Positions 1-14,182 of a stretch of DNA of 64,000 bases are shown here, one piece after another. Source of the stretch: Kudoa neothunni (Eukaryota > Animalia > Cnidaria); NCBI GenBank assembly GCA_964304625.1, contig OZ199839.1:697616-761615 (forward strand), written 5' to 3'. The position numbers and the translations under genes were made by a program. Every line of letters begins with the position of its first letter. Positions within the stretch are counted from its first letter, which is position 1. Under the pieces are notes generated by a model. The model was not told the DNA's origin. It searched no databases and worked only from the letters and a program-made list of their open reading frames with translations.

Positions 1-582
1 CTTACATCCGATAGCTGTTCTTGAAGGTATTGCACCTTTCCAAGCTTAATGAAAGTACATTTTTTTAAGTTCAAACCGACCAATAATATACAATGTTTAA
101 AAAAAGAGTGTTATCATTGGATGATGCACCGCCTGGAAAGTTTGCATGAGTATTAATCCGAGAATCTTTTTCATAATCAGGCTTGACTACAGTAAAAATA
201 ATAGAAATCTAATGAACAAATATACCAATATTTGGGAATTAAAATAATTTTGTTGATGAACTGAAGGGTTCTAAAAAACAAGGTTAATTTAAATTTAGTT
301 GAATTAAAATTTAACATCTGCATTTGAGCCAGGACTTGTTAGAGCTGTCGCATTGGTAGTTGATTTCTAAGGTAGAAGATCAATAAGTTGTTTTATACTT
401 TTATAACTTGAATGTACATAAGAATTTCATCCAAAAATAAAAATGATTACCAAATATAAATCTACCCAAACTACCAACGCAGTGAGGCCGTCTATTAAAA
501 ATAATTAACGATATTTCAGCCATTTAGAAATAATCAAACTCCAAAAGAGTAACCAAATGGATAACCAACAAGTCTGCCTCAT
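1..582 (-). CDS. Orphan secreted protein, multi-exon, 3' part beyond window start
   Basis: ATG at 582. Six short GT-AG-bounded exons splice in frame: MRQTCWLSIWLLFW-NGLTAL-KSTTNATALTSPGSNAD-NPSVHQQNYFNSQIL-SSLIMKKILGLILMQTFQA-LGKVQYLQEQLSD. The hydrophobic N-terminus resembles a signal peptide. No family recognised. Confidence 0.55.
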
Positions 583-861
583 CGATTATTATTCGGTGTT
601 TAATGATAAGAAGTACTGCGAATATAATAATAATTCAGTAATATGAAAAGATGATAAGAATAACAATGTTACATTCAACGAATTAATGATGATTAGTAAA
701 GCAGAATAAGTCGTATTGTAATTACGATAAATATTTACTCAAATGGAAGCTTACAAACAAATAATAATTGTTGCGATATTTCTCACAATAATAATTTATT
801 GAATAATAGGTTTACTTAAATGTCGTGTAAAAAAAACTGATGAAAAAGAAAAGCAACCTCA

Positions 862-932
862 TGCACTAGCCGGGATTCGAACCCGGGTCACCCGCGTGGC
901 AGGCGAGTATTCTACCACTAAACCACCAGTGC
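862..932 (-). tRNA. tRNA-Gly (GCC)
   Basis: Reverse complement reads GCACTGGTGGTTTAGTGGTAGAATACTCGCCTGCCACGCGGGTGACCCGGGTTCGAATCCCGGCTAGTGCA. It folds into a full cloverleaf with a GCC anticodon and TTCGA T-loop, has no encoded CCA, and is followed by oligo-T Pol III terminator tracts. Confidence 0.97.
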
Positions 933-1545
933 TGCGTGCTTCTTACTAAGAAATTAAGCCCTAATATAATGAAATCAATAGTATCTCATAAATATAAAAA
1001 TAGAAATAAATCATAATAATAGTTGTTAATAGTTTAGTTTATGTGTAATATTATAATTAATTGTCATAGCTTTTAGAATTTGATCCTAGTTGCTAACTTC
1101 GATTAGATATCCCTAAAAGTTTTGGACGAATAAAATCTGGAAATTTTCATTTAAAAAATTATGAACATAAGTCATAGCCTCGTTGGCATTCAAATCGTCG
1201 TTACTATTTATATAGATATTTAAAAAATATAGTATTCAAACGAACCTAAACATTTCGAGTAACTTAATTCTACTCAGTCGTAAGATGCAATCTAGGCGAA
1301 TTATATTACTGTTTAAATTATTGTATAAGACATAATATTTTGAAAATGATAATTAAAATTATCCATACTTCGACAAAAATGCAATTTTTGGTTCATATAA
1401 GTCTGTAAAGTAATTTAATTTATGTTTATTACATATGTATGTATGTATATATATATATATAATTTGTGCTACTATACTAGCCGGATATTTCACCAAATCT
1501 TATAAAAACTTTAAATACCATTTATTTTTTATTGTTGATGTTTAA

Positions 1546-1708
1546 CCCTTTCGTGCCTAATGACGCCATATGACATCGTGCATGTAACTTTTTTATTTTA
1601 GCACACTCAAGCTCCAAAATATTACACATGGTTTATTTTACTTTAAAAATAACATTTATGTAATCAAATATATTTTCCAATCATAAAAGAAATCTCGGCG
1701 TGAAAGAT
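1546..1708. mobile_element. piggyBac-type MITE (about 160 bp)
   Basis: TTAA|CCCTTTCGTGCC ... GGCGTGAAAGAT|TTAA: imperfect TIR with TTAA on both sides. Confidence 0.6.
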
Positions 1709-4700
1709 TTAACAAATAAATCATTGGTTCATTAATTTAAAAAATATGGCGTCATTCAACGGATGCGTCGAAATGTTGTTGAACGCGTATTAAACTACCC
1801 ACAGTGCCACTGATGGCAAAAACCATTCTTGCGGTATTTTATACTTCACAGAATCATTAAATTACTGAGTAAGTTATCTTACCCACGTTTAGAGTTATTT
1901 TTTATTTCCCAAATATTAAAGTTATACACAATTATTTCTTAAACAATTTATTGGCTCCTTTTAAAACATAAATTCATTTATATAATGAAAGTTCGGTTTT
2001 TCTTTTAAAATAGCTGATTTTCGATCCGTCACAGGATATAAATCACAGACCTTCTGGATCTTGGCTTGCATAGGTCCGTCTAAGAGTTCTTAAGGCATCC
2101 TTAATTTTAGATATTGACAGTTTGACGATTAATTGTTCCTTTTAACACTTATCATCAGAGATACTAGCACATGGTCCGCTATTAAATTAGATCGTTAATA
2201 AAGCCTCTTCTTCATTCACGTTTTCGTTTGTTAGAAATGTCGTAGATAGAAAGTTTTTGTTCTAACTAAGATTCTACCGAGGGTTGAATGTTCTTTATAT
2301 TTAAAACGTATTTTTTACCAAGACATAATTATTCTATTACTAAGATCAAATTTCTAAACTGTTCATTTTTTAACTTCTCATCAACATCCCTCTGTATACT
2401 TGGCATGGTCAAATTTACTACGCAATTTCATATTAATTTTTTTGTTCATAAATATTTTTACACATATTCATCTTATGTCTAGAATTTGAGAGGGATTCTA
2501 TTCTTTTGAACATAATTAAGAAATTCATATATGTTAAAATTAAAGTAATTATGTTTTAAACTTATTTTTTGGAGGTAATAGGGAATATGTCGGTATTTCT
2601 TAATTGGGGGGAAGTCAAGTAAAGTGAAGGAGATAATGCACATACGCACATATTTCGTGAATGTCTCTTGTTGATTATAACTTGGAGTGATAATGATTAT
2701 TTTTTGAATTTTTTTATCAAAATAATTTCTCTCTTCTTGGAAGTTTAATAATGGTTGTTATGTTTTTTTCTACCTTACAGATAAAGTTTTTAAGGGAGAT
2801 TTAGGACCAAAAACAGTAGTTAAAAATCATAATTTTATAGTTCAAATATTACAATAAGTATAAATTTGATCAAGTTTTCATTATTTATATAGACTCAACA
2901 ATTTTTTCTGAGTCCTTTTCGAGGGGTTGACCAAAAGGAACCCAACAAATATCCTGAGAGCAATATCAACATATGCGTGCGCATATAAATAGCATCCAAG
3001 TATTCTCCTTAAAATAAGATAATTAACAATTATATTTTGATAAAATTTGTTATTTACGTGTGCATTTCTAGACACATTTTGTAATTTAAAATATTTGGCA
3101 TATAACTGTGTAAGAATCATTCAATCCATCTGCATCTTAAAAGTAAACACTCGGTGTATTCTTGAGAGGAGATTTTTCAGTTTTCCTGCGTTTACAACAT
3201 ATTTGGTAGGGTCATTTTTATTAAAATTAGCATAATTTCGGATATTTTAAACTTAAATTGATTAAAATTTTTCTGTTTATAAAAAAAATTGATGATAGGC
3301 ACGTTTTGAGTATTCAAAACAATGTTAAATACACTACTGGAATTTTATAATTAAACTTTATTTTCAAAAATACAAACTATTTTTTAGTTTATAAATTTTT
3401 TTTAACTTTTTTTGTCGTCTTAATATAAACGATATATAACTATTAATGGAAGATATTTGTCATCAGTTTTTTTAAATCAATAATTTCTATATTTTAATGA
3501 AATAGATCCATAAATTATTTGTTACAAAAAATAAAGCGTCTACGATAAAGTTATTATAAAAACAAAAAATTGTATTAATTGAACTTACAAGAATAACATG
3601 AAATTTATCACATTGCCCAATATATTGCACTAAGTCAATAGCATTCCTTTGTCAAATATTTTATATTTAGTTAATTTTTGGACACACGATTTATTTGGGT
3701 AAATAACAGAAAATTTAAATATTTATAGAAAAAAACAATATTATAACTTTAATTAATAAAACAAGAGAATTTATTTGAAATAAGCACAAAATTACATTAC
3801 CCTGTGCAATTAAAACGGAAAAATCTGTTTGTTCCGTATAATGATTGTCTTAGTCTGTATTTTTATCTTTAATTTAGCACATATCGCATTAAGATATTAT
3901 TATTGCTCACATTTTGGAGTATTTTAATGGGAAAAAGTAATTGTTCTCTTCCGTGTAGTTGCTAGGTTGCGCAGGCACAAACAAACCTTAAGAAATATTT
4001 CGATAATAATGTGGTGTACGAATCTTTAAAAAAATGTTAAGAATGTTAATTTAATTATTTTAATACATCTAATGAAGTTGAATGACAATGATATTATCCA
4101 CCTGCATTATTATATATCTTACTGACAAATTTTAGAAAAGACTATTACTACTCAATAAATATTTATTTAATTTCGCAATTTTATAACATCTACATCCCAA
4201 GATCTAATGTTTACTTTTAAATGAATTCCTATAGATTTCATTTTTAATACATTCTAACGAAGTGTTAGCTAGAAAATTAGAACTATACGATTTAATAAAT
4301 CGATAAAATAGACTTAATGTTAGAAGACATTAATTAAAACATATGCTAACTTGTTAAATAGAAGATGTATATTGTAATTTCAATAATTTATGGATGATTG
4401 TTCAATCAGAGGTCTAATTATTACTCAAAAAGTTAAAAGCCCCAGTTCAATTATTTTTCAGTCTAAAAAAGCATGTAACTAATGAAAAGTAAATAGATTT
4501 AAAAACTACCACCTAACAGGGTGGTAAAGGTAAGGGATAAAGTGAAAATATTTCTAGTTTTTTACTTGTTAAAGCTTCAAAACTCAAGAGTAAAAACTCG
4601 AGTATTACTGATTTTAGCGGACTCAAAATTCCTTTTTAATGTAAGAACAGTCAATTACATCTATAAGCGGAAAAATGATATCTATGAAATCTACAAGTAG

Positions 4701-6168
4701 ACATTAAACTTCTCAGATATAATTTCCAAAAATAAATTAATATTCCATAACATATATAAATTTAAAATGATGTGGGAATTTAAAAATGCATAACCATTCC
4801 AAGGATTGGTTCCATGAGATGGTAAAATTTTTCTACTTGCCATTGTTTATATTGAAAAATCCGGAGGTTTAATGATAATCAATTATTTATCCTTAACAAA
4901 CGAATATACAAATGTCCCCTTTAAAATTTCTCAAAGTTTGAAGGAATTATATCAGAAATTTTTCCATTCAAAAGAGAAAGATTTTCAGCGCATAGATCGA
5001 TATTCTTCACGCCTAGAGACAGACGTAATCGTTTTATTCCGTCTCTTATTGATTCAAAAACACCACCAGCCTAATTCAACTAATTTATCTTGGAAATACG
5101 TATAATTATTGAAGTAGAATATCCAAAAGTGTTATTTTTTATCAAATATTTTACAAAAAGTCAGATAAATCAAGATAAATAAATTTGACATAAAAATAGT
5201 GAAATTTAAATCGTTGGAAAGTTGTTTAAATCCATAAATTTTGTAGGTATAAATATTTAGATATGGAATTATTTTTAATGTCAAATTTTTTAAAACACTA
5301 ATCTATTTGAAACTACTGTCGATTTTACGAAAAATGATAATTTTGAGCATTATTCTTATTAATCATTTCATAAGATTCCCAGATTAGGAACTTAAATGTA
5401 ACCGAAGAAAACGAGGTTGAAAATGAAAAAATTGCAAAATGTTTTGCCTAAAAGTTAATAGTAACTTGAGAATGTAATGAAGAGAATACCCTTAAGATAG
5501 TTGACGAAACATTTTTAATTTCAGAATTAAATAATGATCTTACTTCAATCATAAGTGTGACTCGAAGACAAGGTTTTGATAGAATTGGTTAATTTACAAT
5601 CTTTAGTAAACTAAAATGATACTAGAATAAAAAAACCTTTCTACTTTAAAATAGAATAATTTATCAGTAAAGTAAATTTTAAGTCAGTTACACCATATCA
5701 TATGCAAAGGGATGCGCTGAGATAGAGCAGGGTGTCCAATAAGATTATCGGAAAAAACCCATGGTCGCAAAGAAAACACAATAGTATTATTATGATAACA
5801 AAATTTTTTATTTTAAACGCGTTTTCTAATTACTGTCGTCAGTTGAATCGCCTTAATCATCTTCACAACATCGCCGTTCACATCATGTATTATTTCTTCT
5901 GATCAACTGCTTTGCGATAAGTTTACATTCTACAATTTCATCCTTTAATGAGTTTGTTTATTTTTTACTGTATTCATTAATGAATAAATTCGTTAAACAT
6001 TTGCAGTAGCTGAAATTTCATACGTACATTAAAATAATACACGTCAAAAACTCCAAAATATGTTATTCACAAACTCGAATTTTCTACTAGATGGTAAAGT
6101 CGAATTTTTTTGGAAACGCCGCATTAAATCGACACAGTTTTATAAAAACAAACAATGCAATCAATAAA

Positions 6169-7793
<1,625 letters not shown>

Positions 7794-8967
7794 CACGTTA
7801 ATCTACCGTCGGTCATCGTTATAACTTAAGCCGACCATAGTCTATTCCTAATTTGACGGCTGTTGTTATTTGGTCCATGGTTTCAAATTGACGAGGTGAG
7901 GAAAATATGGGAATGTTTTACAGATGGATTAACTATGAACAATAACGCTTTGTGACACAAATCACTATTTGTTGGTAGTTCTTATGATACGTTTCTCTCG
8001 ATTAAATCTCAAATCACACGGTTTCAACAAAAAATCATAATAAGCACTCGAGTTTAACACATTTTAGAATGAATTTGTCGGTCAAAATACACGTTAGTTT
8101 TCCGACTCTTGCTCGTCCAAGATTCAAGATTAGTTGAGAGTGGATAAAAATTAATAACACCAAATTAATTATTCATGCGAATCAAATGATACAAAACTAT
8201 TAATCATTATTGGAAATCTCACCTCAGAGTGAAAGCGTTAATTCAACATCAATTAATTTAACATTCGGTAAACTGCATTATTAATCTCTCATTAAGCCAG
8301 TAATGGTACGCCTCGTGAGCCCCCAAACCAACTCTGATGCTCGCGTTGTTTCGTTGGTGATGAGAAAATTTTCTAAGAGAAAAATATCTAACCCAAGATT
8401 AAAAAGACGAATTCCATGCATCGATTAAACTTTGATATTACTAATAGAAGTATTTTTAGATGAATAGGTGGTACTAATCAAATAATTTACAGGGTTGGAA
8501 ATTACAGATTATAATAGTCGGTTCACGTCGATTGGAATCTTCAGTATGAAAATTAGTTGATCTTTATTTTCTATTCACCACAATATTATGTTATCATTCT
8601 ATAAGTATTTTCGGTTAAAATTGGATAGTACCATCGCGGAAGAAAATAAATAAATAAATTAATTGAATAAGGGGACAAACAATTTAAACATTAATTACGA
8701 TTTCATTTTACCATTACCATACTCTAAATGTGAACAATTAATCTCAACTTGTTGATATTAATATTATATTTCCACCACTAATTAAATAATAAAATAATAT
8801 TTATTATAATAAGCATTTAAATCATCGCCGTCCATTAAGGCAATGTAACAACGAAAAGTGATTGATTAATATACCATGAATATAGTGTAATAAATAAACG
8901 ATAATTTTTTTAATAATATATAAATAAATGACAAATTAATAATAAATCATATCAACTTCACATGGGT

Positions 8968-10222
8968 CATATAAGGGACAATGGATCATGACCTAATTTT
9001 CTTTCGAAACTGATGATGAGGAAAAAACCTTGATTGTGGTCGTTGTTATTCGAGATGCAGATATTTCGGAACCAGTTAGTATTTGGGACGTCGAAGATGC
9101 GTCTTTTTTGGAAACGATTACTTTAAATTTTATTTTGACAATGATCTCCTCGAAAATATTGTCTTAGAGACAAATTTATATGCCGTTTAGCAAAATTCCG
9201 GTTTTAATACTGATATTGAAGAAATTCAAAAATATATTGGTGTCTTGATTATCATGGGCATAGTTAAAATGCTCAGATATAGGTGTTGTCGGGCCAAACT
9301 CTTGCAATATCCCATTGTTACTGAATGTGTCTCGAGAAATCGCTTCGAGGCAATGTCGAAATAATTACACTTCGTATGTGATACTAACATTGTGACCAAC
9401 CCAAACTCTCCCAAATATGACGAAATTGCAAAAATTCGCCCTTCACTAAATTCGATCAGAGAAGCCTGCCTGAAAGTAGAATACGAGAGGAATAATTCTA
9501 TACCACCCCAACTTTTTCTAAAGAAAAGAAACATTTTTTCGGTTGGTTTGACAGCATTGTTGTCACTCTCTCTTCCACCCATTCTTCAATTGAGCCTGCT
9601 TCATTTACAAGAAGATTTGACCGATCCAAGAAAAGAATAATAGAGGTAACTTGTCCAGCAGTTGTCAACGAAAATAATAAAAACATGGGAGGGATTGACC
9701 TCTCTGATATGTTGATGTCGCTTTATGTTATGCAACATAAATACAAGAAATATTATCATCGAATTTTCTTCTGGTGCTTGAACACGTCAATAATCAATTC
9801 TTGGGTACTATGCCGACGAAATTGCGCTGTTAGAAATGTACCGAATAAGAATATTTTAGATTTGTTAGATTTTTCATTAAGTATATGTGAAAATAATATA
9901 TTCTACAAAAAAGTGCTGCTTACCGACCAAATCAGGTTTGATGACGTAGGTCACTATCCTGAGATACGTACCGACAGTTCTAGGTGTCGCGTTTGTCAAA
10001 TGAAAACTAGAATATGTTGTATAATTATTTAAATCAATAAAATATCTGCTTTATTACTTACTTATATTCCCATTGTCCCATATATGGAACAGTTGAAAAG
10101 TTAGGAATAAATTCCAAAAAAATAATTCGGCTGGCGTAAAAATAATTAAAATGGAAAAAACAAACACAATTAATGTAGAATAATAATTTTCAGGTCGAAA
10201 TGAAAAATTGGGAGCGAAAGGG
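8968..10222 (+). mobile_element. Degenerate, internally deleted piggyBac transposon
   Basis: Fragments EEIQKYIGVLIIMGIVK, SRNRFEA..LHF, KIRP, NKNMGGIDLSD..KKYYHRIFFW..IINSWVL and a Cys-rich end (CRVC..CC). Subterminal inverted repeat 8968-8984 / 10070-10086. Right end GGGAGCGAAAGGG|TTAG. Confidence 0.85.
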
Positions 10223-10549
10223 TTAGCAACTACATGTAGGCAAAATTACAAGAGACCGAATTAAAAACTTATATTTTAAACGTATTCGATTCCGCTACTT
10301 CATAAATAAGTAATGACATAAATAAATTAACAGTTCCATTCCCGCGCATGCAGGGCAGAGTTTTTGTTAAATTATCATTTTATAAGCATGTTCAATATGA
10401 AAGTACCAACATGGAAAAAAATAAATTATTTTATTGAGTAGGAGGACTCATTAATGTGTGAATGATGCATGTCATGACTATAGCAAAGCCGACTACTGTG
10501 TTTATTAATAAAAAAACTTGCGTCCATCAAACCTAACACCTTTCGATTA

Positions 10550-11204
10550 CAGTAATTGACCGATTTCGCACAATCCCATCTGGACCATGAAAGAAATGTG
10601 TAAAATTGGTCACGCCCGGTTCTACATACAACAATGCGCGCGCAAATCACGGGAAATTTATTTTTTATTAGTCAATAGTGGAAGATAAATATAATATGTT
10701 TAAATAAAAAAATCAAATAGATTATGTTCGAGAAAAATATTTGATAATTTTAGGTTGTTTCATATTGTTGGAGAGAATCTTAAGTATCGACTCTTCTGCT
10801 GCATCTGAAATAATATTTTTTTTATTATCTTGTACCCTAAAAAATGATTTTAATTCATTAAAATATTCTAAAGCCCTTTTTCGGGTAATAATTTTGTTGC
10901 TAAGGAGTTCTTCCATATCGTCAGCATTACAATTTTAAAAAATATAATTAAAATAAAATTATCAAATCATCAGCAACTTTTCACCATGTTCAACTAATAA
11001 ATCATCCTGAGTTAAGGTAGATCTTAAAGAGGAAAACCCTGCTTTTGTTCTTTAAGCTTTGTGATTGTATTTTTAGAAACGCTCTCCCAGGCAGTTTTAA
11101 TTAATCCCATTGCTTCCAAAAAGATTGGAGGAGTTAGCTCTATTCCCATTTCAGCACAAGAAATGAATCGTTCAATCATCGATTATTTTTAGAATGATTT
11201 AAAG
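10550..11204 (-). mobile_element. pogo/Tigger transposon 3' remnant
   Basis: Minus strand reads EAMGLIKTAWESVSKNTI...KAGFS (end of DDE_1 domain) and C-terminal KQPKIIKYF (PIP-box-like). TA|CAGT terminus at 10550. Truncated by the hAT element at 11205. Confidence 0.7.
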
Positions 11205-12023
11205 CAGGGGTCGGAAACTTTTTTAGTATAAGGACCAAATAGCTATATAATTTTACTTTGGGGTCACTCTACATTTAATAAAAATCTTCATTTTTAAATA
11301 ACTGTTGAATGTGGCATTTATTTTTGGATAATTTTTCTATGTCAGAGGGAATATTGCATGATGACAATAGAGGGATGTTATCAAGATTTTCATGTAGAAA
11401 TCTTTTCCTTATAACATTTTGGGTGTATTTCATCTTTGAAAAAAGTTGTTCGCAACTATAAATACTGCCAAACAAAGAAAATACCAATTTTGAATTCTTT
11501 AGCAAATTTACGTACTTACCACTCGGTAAGGTAACAAATAATTTTTATAAAATTCATTAATAGACTCACTACGAAATTTGGATTCCAATTGATATATTTC
11601 AGAAACTTGATTTACATCTATATCGTAAGGGTTGCTAAATAATTTAAACATTCCCTCATAACTTCAAAAACCAGTTTATCTTTTCCTTGAAGATCAAGAT
11701 TCAAATAATTCATATGTTTTGTAATGTCCACTAAACAAGCCAATTTAACAATCCAATATGGATCTTTAAAGTGGGCGTTCATCTTCTTTCACTCGTGCTG
11801 CACCACTGAAAGACTCGTAATTTGCATGTGGAGTTATATAATGTCGCTTGATATTAGATAATTTTGTCATGGAAATAGTTTCTTGACATATCAAACACAC
11901 ATTTCTCACGTTTTTCGATGAGAAATATTGTATGGTCCAGTCTTCGTTAAAAAGTCTGTTTTCTAAATTTACTTTTCTTTTTCCATTTTCCATGACCTTA
12001 TGTTTAATCAATGGATATTCCAA
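11205..12023 (-). mobile_element. hAT (SPIN/GTF2IRD2-like) transposon remnant, internally deleted
   Basis: TIR CAGGGGTCGGAAAC at 11205. Fragments KRKVNLENRLFNEDW..VCLICQETI..NIKRHY..H (BED-like finger), WIVKLACLVDITKHMNYLNLDLQGK and FGSIYSCEQLFSKMK (dimerisation domain). Confidence 0.88.
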
Positions 12024-12690
12024 AAAATTATAAAATCAACCTAGTTTTAATTAATTACATTATTTTATTTACATACTGCCAAAATAATATTTTACGAACA
12101 AAATTCAAATAGCTCAATAATTAATTAAAGTAAAAAATTTTAAATTTAAAAATGTTTATATATATATATACTGCGATAATAAATAACAAAGAATATAAAA
12201 ATGTATTACCTGATAAACAATTTTTTTATTATTGGCTTTTGAATTTATTTGTATCCTGTTTGTAGTATGCCTGTAACAACGCTAGTCTAGCTAAACGACG
12301 TCAACTTCTGATTAATCGTTTAAATCACGCGTATTTTCACGTTAAAACGATCATTTCCTAAATTCTGAACTTATTGTTCACATGTATTTAACATTAACGC
12401 CGATATAAAACGTTATTAGATAAAAAGAATCCAATTTATATAATACTATTCAGCTTTCCATTCATAACTAAAATTTCGCCCTCATAAACGTTGTGACGGA
12501 GTTATCCTAATATGATAAACATTTGTTGTTTATCACACGAGTTATTAACTCTATTTATTATTATAACTTTTTTCCGAACGGGTCACACGCTACATATACA
12601 AGTCGTTTAACAAATATTATTTTATTCTCATTGAACAACTATAACAAACGTTGTCATTGACATTATACTTGAATGCAGTGAACAGGTAAC

Positions 12691-13692
12691 GGTAAAGAAA
12701 GCGGCACCTACAAAACGTACTCTTGTTCATGTTTTTCGCATTTCTTTTTTCACGATTGTTCAAAAAAAATTATAAGAATTTTTTATCCGAACGTGATCGG
12801 ATACACGTGTAATCTCCATCTTTTTTTCAACAAACATTGAATTTATCTATAATGTGTTTCGATAATCATTCGTATGATGATTATATTTCATATTTTTTAC
12901 CATATAAACACTAATTTTACAATATTAGATTTATATACGCATGTTCTTAAATTTCTTAGAACTGATGAGTTTTGTTTATAATAAATCAACACAATATTTT
13001 AGATAAACATTTAATTTCAATAAGTAAATAACTTAAGGTTGATTGTATGAAGTTATTCCTTTATTAGAGAAATTTTTACGTGTGTATTTAGTATAACATT
13101 CAATGAACGTAAAAATATTGTTATAATAAAAATAATAACCATAGTTAACATATTGTGATTACATCGCGAAATGTTCTCAATTAGTATATTTTGTCGAATT
13201 TGTTAGGAAATTTTGACATATAAACAAACTTATAAACCAATAAAAATATGGTTTAAAATTTTTTTCTCAACGTTTTATGCTCACTTAAAGATAAAAAATA
13301 GTATTATCAATTTTAAACATTAGGTTTCTGAATTTTAATAATAAAAACTGAATAATTTATTAATTTCCAATAAAAAATTTAATAAAAAAATTATAAACTA
13401 AAAAAAATCTTACTACATCAATATCCATATTTTAACGTTCACAAAGTATTTTTATTATAGTAATAATAAATAACTTTTGAGTTAATGAATAAGAAAGAAA
13501 CAAAAAATTCAATGTTTGTCGAAAAAAGATGGAGATTACACGTGTATCCGATCGCGTTAGGATATAAAATTCTTGTAATTTTTGAGTTATTATTTTGAGC
13601 TGAATTTTTTCTCTTTATATTCTTTGATTTTATTATGAACAATCATGAAAAAACATGAACAACTACGTTTTGTTGGTACCGCACACTTTACC
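12691..13692. mobile_element. Non-autonomous long-TIR (foldback/Mutator-like) element
   Basis: Arms 12691-12844 and 13505-13692 are inverted copies (GGTAAAG...; core GATCGGATACACGTGTAATCTCCATCTTTTTT exact) with indels. AT-rich non-coding interior. No clear TSD. Confidence 0.75.
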
Positions 13693-14182
13693 ATTTTCCA
13701 ATGAACATTTTAACTAGTCAAAAATATTAAATTGCGTTTTTATTGACAAAAATTTTTTAGAATCGAAAAAATGAGAAACAATAAAAATACTTTTTTATTG
13801 CATAAGAATAGCTGTTGTCATTTATTTTTATTTTTCCCAATTTCATAATTACTCCTTTAATTGTTCCATAATTTCTTTATAAATTTTTTAGATCACGAAT
13901 AAAATATAGAATACCAATTCGCTCAAGTTATTTCACTTGAAGATTATTCAATGAATATAAAAACAGACGCAATAATGTCAAAATTTATTTTATTCCATGT
14001 AAATATGCACAAAGTAATGATTAACGTAGAATAAAAATTTCCGAAAAATATCAGTGCGCTCGCACACAAGGCCAGTACGTAATGAGACTCCATTACGTAC
14101 GGACCCGATTGGACTGTACTTTGTATACAATTTAGACAAATTTGGGGGTTTCATGTATTCACATAAACACAATAAAAAGAAA

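Noticed and set aside
2000-3250. Possible decayed LINE on the minus strand (KIKDALRTL..QDPEG)
   Set aside because: Only one vague motif and no RT signature.
4780-5140. Possible Buster hAT remnant (QDKLVEL)
   Set aside because: Too decayed, with no paired TIR or TSD.
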